The notes below the pieces were generated by a model that saw only the letters and a program-made list of their open reading frames with translations, did no database searches and had not been told where the DNA came from. Source: a virus (Duplodnaviria; Caudoviricetes). Taken from it: a stretch of 64,000 nucleotides of DNA. Both the position numbers and the translations under genes were made by a program. Below are positions 49,601 through 60,642 of the stretch, one piece after another; position 1 is the stretch's first letter, and the number at the start of each line of letters is the position of its first letter. The stretch lies in the IMG/VR virus record IMGVR_UViG_3300029305_002894, positions 2,559-66,558 of that record; one strand, 5' to 3'.

Positions 49601-52600
49601 CAAGCGCAGTTAACCGAAATGTTCTATGCTTACAAAGGCAAGGATGGTAATTTTGACGATGCTGTTAAAAAGGTAACTGCTTTAAAAGCATTCCAAGGTA
49701 TAACTGATTTTGAAAAGATGCTACTAAGAGACTACAAAGCTCGTGGTGACGCACTTATTAAAGCAGGTTATGGTATTGGTGAGAAGAGTGGTAACTTAGG
49801 TAGAGAGACAAATCCCAAAGCAGATTATAAGGTTGCCGTTGATATTGTTTCACAAGCTCTTAGGGAAGCAGGTTACAATGGAAACATTAAGAACCCAGAA
49901 AAACTTGCAGCGATATGGAGTAAAATAGATAACGAAACAGTTCGTAATGCTGGTAACTATTTGGCTAAAGGTCAAAAAGACGGTATCGAAACAGTGAAAG
50001 GTAAAGCATTGCTTGATGCAATGTTGAAACTAAAAGATGTTGCAATTAAATTACAGCAATCTAAGACTGAAACTATTAGTGGAAAGACTGGCGTAAGTGA
50101 TGAAGTTAAAGCTCAAATATTAGCTTTATTACCAGATATTAAAGCAGAAATTGCCGAAATAAAAGCAGAGATGTCTGAAACTGGTAGCAATCCAGAAAAA
50201 GAAAGTAGGTTAGCAAGTTTAACACAAAAAGAAAATCAAATTACGCAACTATTAGGTCAAAAAGCCGAAGAACAATCGGCCGTAGATGAAGTCGAAGACG
50301 AAGTTCAGACACCACAAACTACCACAGCACAAGGCGGCTTGCCTGCTTGGATTCAAGGCATAACAAGTGCAGTGCAAGGGTTAGACACTGGTACTCTTGC
50401 TAGTATGTTAGGAGTGCAAAAAGAAATTCTTGAGGGTGTTAATATTATCTCTCGTCGTAATTCAGCTGGTAGACCCAATGGTGCTACGGATTTATATGAA
50501 GATTTCCGTAGAATGCTTGAAAGCGATAAGTGGGAAGGCAGAGAACGTGCTAGGTATATGGACTACCAAACTGGTGCGATATCTAATCATATTACTGGAA
50601 CCGTCACAGAGTTAACTGGCGAAGCACTTGATAGATTGTATTCAAATTACACTAAAAGTATGACAATTAATACCCAATTGCATTCACATGCTGGGTTTAA
50701 TGAACCATATTTTTCATCTAAAGATCTATCAACTTTTGTAGATTCTAAAAAGAACAAAGGTATTAGTAAGCAAATTTTAATGTCTGATAAAAACATTACA
50801 TTGCTTGATTTGTCTGAAGTTGCAGACACTAAATTGCAAGAGCTTGTTAATACTCTTACAAATACAGAAAACGACTTTGATAAACTTGGCGAAGTTGCTA
50901 AAAAGTATGGAGCACGCTATGAGACATTGGCGTTTAACGATTTTGAAAAAGATATTACACCACAAAAGCTTACAAAATTTTTAGGCATCAAGGGTGTCGA
51001 ATCTAAGCTTAACGCAACCGAAACCAAGGATGCTGCTATTCAAGGCGTGGCTGAAGAAGCCGCAAAAGAAGCAGCACATGTAGTACAAAAATCAAGTGGT
51101 GCAGCAATCAAGACAACATTTGAGCGTGCTGGTCTTGAAATGCTTAAACACATTGAACAGACTGATGCAAAAGGTAATAAAACTTGGACTACTGATGCTA
51201 GTAATAGATATCAAAAACATATTGGTGCTACTTATAAAGATATTGCTGAACAAAATTTAGGCAATGTTTTTGGAAAAGGAACGGACGCACAAAAAGCATT
51301 AGTTGAATACGAAAATCATTATACAACGCTTAATGAACTTGTTAGACAGTTTAAAACTGCTGATGAAAGTAGTAAGGTTGGAATTCAAACACAAATCAAT
51401 GAGTTAATTCCTACCTTTGATAAGGCAGAAAAGAAATTGCTCGGTTTAATTGCTCGTAAGGATAAGTTCTTAGGCGACGACCAAGCACTTGATACAACCT
51501 TTGGAGCAAAAGAACTTACAAGTCCTCGTAAAAATCTTGAGAAACTTGCTCGTCAAATGTATGGTGGTAATGTTAACCCTGGTGGAAATGTAGCGTTTGG
51601 TGGCTATAAGCGTGGCCAAGGAAGTGGACAGTTATTCGTTGATGTACTTGACGGACAAACTAAAACTATTAAAACACATGTATTAGAAGTTGATAAAGCA
51701 ACTGGTAAAGTTAAAGAATATACTCTTGCTGAAAGTGCACTTAGTAACGCATTCCAAAATGTTAACAAGGCAATGAAGCAAAATGTTAACGTGCTTGCCG
51801 ATATTGCTATTGGTGATGGTCCTAAAAAACAAGCTGAATGGATGGCAAATGCTAGCTCACCACTTTTAGATGCTTATAAAAACACATTCAGTGAAATGCA
51901 AAATTATACAGCACAACTTTTAAATAGTGGCAAAGCACCTTCTCAACAACAACTTGATTACTTGATGCAATTATCCGAAAGGGTAATGGTGCTCGGCAAA
52001 GAGTTACAGAAAACTTCTGGTGAGTTCAAAAACCTTTGGGACGCAAACCCTGATAACATAATCGGAATAGACTTCCATGAGGGTGATACTGCAAGAAGTG
52101 CTATGGAACGCTATGCGGAAATGAATGCTAAGGCAAACACTTCTAAATACGAATTTACAAGCTTTGATAATGACACACTTAAGTACAAGTTAACCAATGT
52201 TAAAGGTGAAGTTCATAATGTTACATTAGAATGGAATGAATTGTATGAAAAAGTTAGAGTTGTTTCGGACAAATCTGTTGGGGCACTCGATCCGTTGGTT
52301 GCTAAAATCGAACATTATAAACAAACGGTTGCTGACGCTAAAGCTAACGATTATTTGTTAGACACAGATGATGCTGAATTTAATGATGCACTTAAAGAAG
52401 TTGAAGAGTTACAGGAACAAGTTAAAGAAGGTACGAAAGACTATAAAGATCTTGAAGAAGCTCGTAGAAAGGCTATTAAAGTAGGCTCTAAGACCGAAAA
52501 GTTAGCAAAGGATAACGAGAAAAAATATGCTGGTACTAACGAGTTAAGAAGTGCTGAAAGACAGAATACTAAAATTCTTGGCACTTTACCTGACACATTT

Positions 52601-53542
52601 GACAAAGAAAAATCTAAGCAATTTCAAGCATATCAAGCAGCTTACAACCAACTTATTGACAAACATAAAGAGTATGTTGATAATAACAAAATGGCGGGTG
52701 TTGACGAACAAAAAGATCTCCAACAACGAGCAGCGTTGGTGCAAAAACTTGGAAAACAATTCTTAGCATCTGCTAATGAAGCTGAAGAGCTAAAACAGAG
52801 AGTTGAGAGTTCGGGTTCATTTATAAACAAGCATGGAAAAGAAACAAAACTTGGTGGCACCAAGGAAGTTTCAACAGAAGGACTTAAGAATCTTAATATC
52901 CTCATGCGCGAGTATGCTAAAGAGGTGCTTGGCGCCGAATTGGCACATGCTAAATTTAATCCTACAACTCGACAGTTAACTGGTGAAATTAGGCAAAACA
53001 ATAAAGTTGTTAGCGACATGGTGGTTAAATATAATGAGGCCACTGGACAGATGTATTTATTCCAAAAACAAGAAAGAGAATCACTTTCTGGATGGCCGGG
53101 ATTAATACATGGGTTTAAGGAAAAGTCAAAAGCAATTGTGCAATACCTTGCAAGTATGACCTCTATTTACAGAATATTTGGTATGATACGACAAGGTATC
53201 ACTTATATAAAAGAAATTGACGCAGCACTTACCGAGTTGCGTAAAGTAACAGATGAAACAGAAGAAACTTATAATAAGTTTTTAGAGACTGCAAGTGAAA
53301 CCGCATTTAGACTTGGTAGTACATTAGTTGAAGTAACTAATGCTACGGCAGAGTTTGCAAAACTTGGGTACTCTATGGAAATGGCTGCTGAAATGGGCGA
53401 AGCGGCGTTAGTTTATGCCAACGTTGGTGACGGCATTGGTAGCGCACAAGAAGCGGCTGATAGTATTATTTCAACATTAAAAGGTTTCAAGCTTGAAGCC
53501 GAAGATGCAATGTTGATTGTTGATAAATTTAACGAAGTGGGT
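43610..53542 (+). CDS. Tape measure exon 1 (3,311 codons)
   Basis: Coiled-coil ORF ending in the TP901-type core (EIDAALTELRKVT...IVDKFNEVG). The ORF track reads on 10 codons into intron 1. Confidence 0.85.
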
Positions 53543-56500
53543 AAATTGTTGCCCTTAGATAACTATATAGGTTAAAAGCCAGGGATGGTTGAGACCTAGG
53601 AAAGACTTGATATTCATAACAAAACAAAACAATCAAAATAATAGGAGGTGAGAGTATGGTATTTCAAAATTTAGTAGGACAAAAATTTGGTTTATTAACC
53701 GTGCAATATAGGGTTGATGATTATATAAAACCAGACGGAAGAAGGGTGTCTAGATGGCATTGCGTTTGCGAGTGTGGTGGACAGAAAGACGCGACAATGG
53801 AATATTTAAAAAGAAATAAATTACCACCATCGTGTGGCTGTTTAACACATAAAAATAGAGTAGAGAAAAACAGAGAAAGTTTTCTTGGTCAAAAATTTGG
53901 AATGTTAACTATTATCGAAGAAAATTTTGATACTCATCTAACCACAGCAACGTGTTTGTGTGATTGTGGTAAAACAATTATAACCACCAGAGCAGACGTG
54001 GTTAGTGGACATACTCAATCATGTGGTTGCCTGCAAAAACAAAGAGCGTCTGAGGCAAATACCAAAGATTGGATTGGATGTGTATCAGATTATGGTGTTA
54101 AATTTTTAAATCGTGCATATCTCAATAGTGAAAATCAGTGGTTGTGGAAATGTAAATGTGGTATTTGTGGTGGTGAATTTATTGCTTTGCCTGCCAAAGT
54201 TAATAATGGTCATATTACTTCGTGTGGCTGTGCTATACAGTCGGCAGGAGAACGATATGTCGCGTCATTATTAGATGGAATGGCGGTGTCATATGATAAA
54301 CAATATAGTTTTTCTGATTGCAAACATAAACAGGTTTTGAGATATGATTTTGCTGTTTTCAATAATAATAAAATATTATATTTAATCGAATATAATGGTA
54401 AACAGCATTATGAACCAATTGAATTTTTTGGCGGGAAACAAGGGTTTAAAAATACTGTAACTAGAGATGTAATCAAACAAGAATATTGTGATACACACCA
54501 TATTCCACTTTTAATTCTACCATATACATTAACCAACGAAGAAATTAAGCAGAAAATTTATGAATATCATTTATCCTTAACGACTGCAGGATGTGCATAG
54601 TAATATGCATATTGAAGTTATCCTTGCATATGCAAGTAATATACAGTCTGAACTCGTAATATAATCTCTATATAAAATACGAGAGATAGGCCGAAAGACC
54701 TATCCGCCACAATATGTGGTCAGTAGTGAATTCACGAAAGTAACAGTTCGAACGACTTCGCCATTACTTCAAAGGGTATTGGCGATGCATTAATGAAATC
54801 AGCATCAGCGTTGAGTGTTGCCGGTAACACGATTGATGAATCGGTTGCGTTAATTACGGCAGCAAACGAGGTGGTAAATTAGTGCCACGTGATTATGGTA
54901 ACATAGTCACTAGTAGATAACTATATAAGTCAAAGGGTGTGGTTCACCAGAGACTTAGGAAAGACTAACAAATTATTATGCATAGTAATTTATTTTTATC
55001 CTCAGAGACTGCGGGAGGTTAATGGTAACATTAATCTTGAAGTTATCCAACCTATTTTATTAGGTTGTAATATACAGTCCAAACTCACGCAATAAACCAT
55101 TTATATGAAACGTGAGAGATAGCCAGAAATGACTATCCGCCATAGAAATATGGTCAGTAGGTGTGGGAACCGAAAGTAATAGATTGACAAGACCCCGATT
55201 CTGTTGGAACGGCGCTCAAGACGCTAACACTTCGCATTAGAGGTGCAAAAACAGAATTACAAGAAGCTGATCTCGATGTTGAAAATATGGCTAACACCGT
55301 ATCTTCACTTCAACAAAAAATACTTGGCTTAACAGCAGGCCGAGTAGACATTATGGCTTCGAATGACGAATTCAAGTCAACTACACAAATCCTTAGAGAG
55401 CTCGCTGCCGTATGGGATACCATGACGGATATCCAACAAGCCGCGTCTCTTGAAGCTCTTGGAGGAAAGAGACAGGCAAATATTCTTGCCTCTATTATAA
55501 CTAACTTCAGCACAGTTGAAGATGTTATAGCAACATCACAAGGTAGTGCTGGTAGTGCGCTTGAAGAAAACGAAAAACGTTTAGATTCCTTCCAAGGTCG
55601 TCTAAACCAACTTACAAGTACTATTCAAACAAAATGGTCAGAAGCGCTTGATACAGAGTTAATAAAAGACGCAATTCAACTACTTACCAAACTAGTTAAC
55701 ACATTAGATTTTAAAGACAGCGCGTTAATAGATTTACTCGATCTCTTAATGAAAGGTTTATCTGGTCTTATGGACTTCTTCGGTGACAACAACCTTGGTT
55801 ATACTCTTATAGCTTTCTTCTCAGCTAGATCTTTAAATAAAAATGGAATATTAGATTTCTTTACAAAAATTAAAGATACTGGTGAGGAAACTATCGAAAG
55901 TTTAACTACTGATATATCTAATTTAAGAGCAGAAAACGAGAAGTTGGTTAAGAAAGGCAAACGTTCTGGTGTTGTTGGTAAAACAAAAGCTAACCAACAG
56001 ATAGCTTTAAACAACGAAGAGATTAAACAAAAAGAAGCGAAGATTACAGAGCTTCAAACTCAAAAAACTAAAGAGAATACTGTGGCTAACGAGCAGAATG
56101 CACAATCTGTTCAACAAGTTGCTAATGCGGAAACTACAGAAAATATAGCCGCACAAAAAGATATAGCTACTACTCAAACCGACAATGTGGTAACTGACCA
56201 AAATACGATTAGCAATCAGCAAAATGCAACATCTAATCAACAGGCTGCAATTGCGGAAAGCACAGATACAGCTGCTACACAAGCTAATATTAATGCAACT
56301 CAGGCTGATACCGTAGTAACTCAACAGAATACAATAGCTAACCAAACAAATGCTAATTCAAATGTAAAAGTTGGTAAGTCTGCAAAGTTAGCTGGCAGTG
56401 GGTTTAAATCTATGGCTGCGGGTATGCTTAAAACCATTGGTATAACATTGGTCTTACAGGGTGCGTTTAGTTTAATAGATGCTATTACAAAAACAATAAA

Positions 56501-59500
56501 AGAATCTACAGAAGATACAATGGACACCTATGAGGAATTGCATGAACATTTTGATGTAATGAGTTCCGATCTTTCCGAACAAAAATCCGAGCTACAAAGT
56601 CTTGAATCTGAATTTGATACCATTCAAGAACAAATTCGTGACATTCAAAAACTTGGTTCCTTATCGTTTACTAAACAAGAGGAATTAAATAATCTCCAAA
56701 AGCAAAGTGCTGAGCTCGAGCGTCAAATTGAGATGCAAAAAATCATCACTCAAAATCAACAGTTAAAAACCAATACTGCCGCTTTAGATGCGGCGACTGC
56801 TTATTTGGGTGAATCTGCCGAAACAGATAAGGCAAGAGCCGAATTCATAGAAGAGGAAACAGAAAAAACAACTCGTTGGACTGATAGTATTGGTGATGTG
56901 TTAATGGGTGCCGGTGCTGTTATGGCTATGATTCCTACAATTGGATGGGTAGCAGGTGCAATTACAGCGGGCGTTGGTGCATTAACAAAATTTGGTGGTA
57001 AGCTGATAGCAGAAAATTCAGCCGAAAACAAATATGACGCACAACAAACCAACAAGCAAACTATCGATAATTACGAAACTAAAAGAAAAGAATTGCAAGC
57101 CGAAATGGATAAGGCATATGCCGAAGGTAATACTGAAAAGTGGAAAGAAGCTCAACAGAAGCTTAATGACTACGAAGGTATGGTTGCTGAAAACATGGGC
57201 CAAATCCAAGAATATATTTCTAGTGTCGATTATAGTACGCTTACAGAGCAAGAAAAGGCACGATATGAAGAGTTAAATCGTATTTTAAATAAATATTCTC
57301 TCGCAAACGGTGGCTCTATTACAAATGCCGTTGGTAGCATTCTTGATTATGATAAGTTTGAACAAACTGGCTATCAAATGGATGCTATTCAAAATCAGCT
57401 CAAAAATGGTGACATTACTTCTGAACAGGCAACACAACAAATTAGAGAGCTACTTAACGCTTCACCTTTATTACGCGAGGAATTAACAAATCTTGGTCTT
57501 GACATAGAAGAACAAGTTATCCCTTCATTTGTACAACTTGGCGAAGCAATGAGAGAAAATGCATCGCTAATGGATTCTCTCGATAAAATTTCAGCAGTTA
57601 CAAGTGCCTTTGATGACCTCGGAAATGCTGTACAAGAATTCCGCACAGAAGGTAGAGCATCTACTGGAACGCTTGAAAGCTTAAATGAAAAATTCGGTGA
57701 AATTGATGGTTTTGAAGAGCTTTATAAAGTTTTAGCAACCGGCGAAGGTGATCTTGAAGGTGCTATCACTAATGTCGCAAACGCTTATGTAGGACAAATT
57801 CAAGCATTAAGTGGCTTAACTGACGAAGAGATTGAAATTATGAAATCTCGTCTTGCCGCAATTGGTGTATTAAATGCCGATGAAGTTATTATGGCAAGAC
57901 AGAAGGGACAACAAATGCTTGAAGACGCTGGTCTTACTTATGGTATTGATTTACAAAACTATGGTACCACCGAACAAGCAAAGGTTGCCATTGCCACGGC
58001 TGCTGGTCTTAACATTGCCGATATTGGTGATGATGAAATTGAAACAATGGCTAAACAGTATGGCGTAGACCTTACTAATTATGCTACCAAAGAAGAACAG
58101 AAAATTGCTATCGCACAAGCTCGTGCAAAAGCGACCGCCGAAATTGATAAAGCTGAGTTAAAAAAGAAATACGATAACAAAGAAATCGACTATTCCGAAT
58201 ACATGACTGGTGTTGAAAAGATAGATAGTTCTATTAATTTTTCAACTAACAAAGATGAAATTTGGAACATTGTCAATAATGCGTTTAAAGATTTTACATT
58301 CGATTTCAATGGTCAAATTGGCATTGGTTCAGACTTTGATGAAAAAACTGGTATGTCTGATGAGCAATCTAAGGCTTGGGAAGAACTTCTTAAAAAATAT
58401 CAACGTGAGCTTGATTTCCTTGCTCACCAAAAAGACCTTATTCAAGCTGAAATAGATGAGGCTGAAGCTAAAGGTTTTATTGCTTCTGAAAAATATTATG
58501 AAGACTTAATTGCGCTCGAAAAAGATGAGCAAGCAGTTCTTATTGCAAAACAAAAGGCAATGCAAGACTTCTATAATGCAAACTCAGCAAGTATGTCAGC
58601 CGACCAAATTGATGAGTGGAACTCTGAAATGCGTGAAACAGCACTTGCTATACAAGAAGCTGAAAACAATATGATTGAGTTCGGTAACACAATCGAAGAC
58701 GTCAAGTGGGAGTATTTTGAAAACGTACGAGAAGACATTGATGCCATAAACGAAGAAATAGAATTTATGCACAGTCTACTCGAAGATGCACCTGTTGCTG
58801 ACGAAAATGGCAATTGGTCAAATGAAGCACTTACACGACTTGGGTTGTATACTCAACAAATGGAAGAAGCGGCATATAGCGCACAAGATTATCAACAGAA
58901 GATTGATGAATTAAACGAATCTACAACGGATGAAGAAAAGAATTCAGATAGATACCGTGATAAGCTTGCGGAATTAGTTGATGGACAACGTGAGGCTATT
59001 AACTCATATGAAGATGCCAAAGATGGTATTGTTGAGCTTAATGAAGCTCGTATTGAAGCAATAAAAGAAGGCATTGAAAAAGAAATAGAGGCCATGAACG
59101 ACCTATTGGATGTTAAGCGCGAAGAGCTTGATGCCGAAAGGGATTTATATGACTTTAAAAAGAACATAGAAGAACAAAATAAGAGTATTGCCGATACTGA
59201 GCGTAAGCTTGCTGCACTATCTGGTTCAACGGCCGCTGAAGATATTGCCGAACGCAAACGTCTCGAAGCTGAATTGCGTAAACAACAAGGCGATTTAGAT
59301 GACACATACTATGATCACTCAATGACAGCTCAACAAAATGCACTTGACGAAGAAGGTCGTTATTTTGAAGAAGCTCAACAACGTCGTATAGAGTCACTTG
59401 AAGCTATGCTCGAAAACACCGAAGAGCTTATCGTTAATTCAATGATGGATGTTATGCTTAACGCTGACACGGTTCATAATACACTAAATGAACAAGCAAA

Positions 59501-60509
59501 CACATACGGTGTAACACTTTCTAAAGAACTCACTCAACCTTGGCTTGATGCTTCTGCACAGGCTATAAAATGGCGTGATGAACTCAAGAAAGATATGACT
59601 GAAGGCGAATGGGCAACAATGATTGGTGAAGGTGGTGCGATTACTGCGTTCTCTAATGGCGTTGCTACAAAACTTGGTGGCTCTTGGGATACAGCAAAAA
59701 CCAAAGCCAAAGCATATTCTGATTTCCTAACTGGCACAGAGCTTAAAAATAATTTATCTGGAGCCGTTACTACATTTACAACTTATCTTCAAAAGATTGT
59801 TGATAAATGGGATGAAATTCGTAAAGCTGCAAATGCCGCTGTATCAGTTACGCCTACTGTTCCTAGCGGTGGTTATACTGGCGGTGGTTCTGGTGACAAT
59901 CCAACCCCATCTCCAAGTCCTACGACTCCCAAAAAAGAAACTCCGAAAGCTAAATCGATGCACGCAGATGGACAATTATATGCAAGAACGGTTGTACCTA
60001 CAAGTCTTACTTCAACACATAAAACTGTTGGTGGTGTAACATATGTACCAATTCCAGGTACTGATTATTATGTTAAAAAGAGTGATGCGCCATTTGGTAG
60101 TGCACCTTACGGCACAAAGAAATATAAGTATTATGCTAAGGGTAGTTTAGGCGTAGATAAAGACCAATGGGCTATCACAGATGAGTATGGCCCAGAACTT
60201 ATGCTTGTTCCAGATGGTACGGGTAAATTGAGTTACTTAAAAGCGGGTACGGGTATCGTGCCAGCCGATATGACACAAAAACTCTTCGAACTTGCTCAAA
60301 TCCCAACGAGTGATTTGATGAGTAAGAACATGACCGCTATTGTGCCAAATATTACAAAGAACGAATTCAAGAACGAATTTAACTTTGATTCATTGGTACA
60401 TGTGGACCATTGTGATCAAAATACTTTAAAAGATTTAGAAAAGATGGTTGATAACAAAATTAACCAATTTGGAAAACAAATGAACTATGCCTTAAAGGGT
60501 ATTAAATAA
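43610..60509 (+). CDS. Tape measure protein, spliced join(43610..53542,54751..54875,55187..60509), 5,126 aa
   Basis: TP901-type core reads continuously after splicing: IVDKFNEVG|NDFAITSKGIGDALMKSASALSVAGNTIDESVALITAANEVV|QDPDSVGTALKTLTLRIRG. Exon lengths 9933+125+5323 = 15381 nt = 5127 codons including stop. Confidence 0.9.
53543..54750 (+). mobile_element. Group I intron 1 (1,208 nt, IA-like) carrying an endonuclease ORF
   Basis: Exon ends GGGT, pairing with IGS GCCC through a U.G pair; P3 GATAACT(53558)/AGTTATC(54616); P7 GACTG(54582)/CAGTC(54644); P7.1, P8 and P9 hairpins; terminal G54750. Confidence 0.9.
53656..54600 (+). CDS. Intron-encoded putative homing endonuclease (three Cys-rich repeats plus Vsr/DUF559-like nuclease domain)
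   Basis: Three G.KFG.LT...C.C.CG...SCGC-like units; C-terminal SAGE...YDF...IEYNGKQHY...RDVIK...IPLLILPY; own RBS GGAGGT; 3' end overlaps the intron core. Confidence 0.8.
   Translation: MVFQNLVGQKFGLLTVQYRVDDYIKPDGRRVSRWHCVCECGGQKDATMEYLKRNKLPPSCGCLTHKNRVEKNRESFLGQKFGMLTIIEENFDTHLTTATCLCDCGKTIITTRADVVSGHTQSCGCLQKQRASEANTKDWIGCVSDYGVKFLNRAYLNSENQWLWKCKCGICGGEFIALPAKVNNGHITSCGCAIQSAGERYVASLLDGMAVSYDKQYSFSDCKHKQVLRYDFAVFNNNKILYLIEYNGKQHYEPIEFFGGKQGFKNTVTRDVIKQEYCDTHHIPLLILPYTLTNEEIKQKIYEYHLSLTTAGCA
54751..54875 (+). CDS. Tape measure exon 2 (125-nt micro-exon, missed by the ORF track)
   Basis: Translates NDFAITSKGIGDALMKSASALSVAGNTIDESVALITAANEV plus GT, the missing segment of the TP901-type core. 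Confidence 0.9.
54876..55186 (+). mobile_element. Group I intron 2 (311 nt, ORF-less, paralog of intron 1)
   Basis: Exon GTGGT pairs with IGS GCCAC (U.G); P2 GTGATTATG-GTAA-CATAGTCAC; P3 GATAACT(54916)/AGTTATC(55041); P7 GACTG(55007)/CAGTC(55075); terminal G55186. Confidence 0.9.
55187..60509 (+). CDS. Tape measure exon 3
   Basis: In frame with the ORF-track ATG at 55287 (33 codons after CAA 55188); two hydrophobic segments; C-terminal YAKG...AITDEYGPEL tape-measure motif. Confidence 0.85.
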
Positions 60510-60530
60510 AAGAACAACAATTAAATAATT

Positions 60531-60567
60531 TAGCACATTGGGGAGAGAAATCTCCCCTTTGGTGCTA
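60531..60567 (+). terminator. Hairpin terminator after the tape-measure gene
   Basis: GGGGAGA-GAAA-TCTCCCC core within an outer TAGCAC/GTGCTA stem. Confidence 0.65.
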
Positions 60568-60642
60568 TAAAAATAAATATGAAAATTACATCTTTAATAG
60601 ATGATTATATATAAATAAAGTAGTTTAAAAGGAGGCAACAAA

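Noticed and set aside
53656-54600. HNH, GIY-YIG or IscB/TnpB identity for the intron ORF
   Set aside because: No HNH, GIY-YIG or RuvC motifs; the C-terminus fits a Vsr/DUF559-like pattern.
55287-60509. 1,740-aa ORF as an independent gene
   Set aside because: No clear RBS at 55287; the frame extends upstream to the intron 2 3' splice site and continues the conserved core, so it is exon 3.
43610-60509. Tape measure as a pseudogene or assembly error
   Set aside because: Both interruptions have complete group I cores with covariation and restore the frame exactly.
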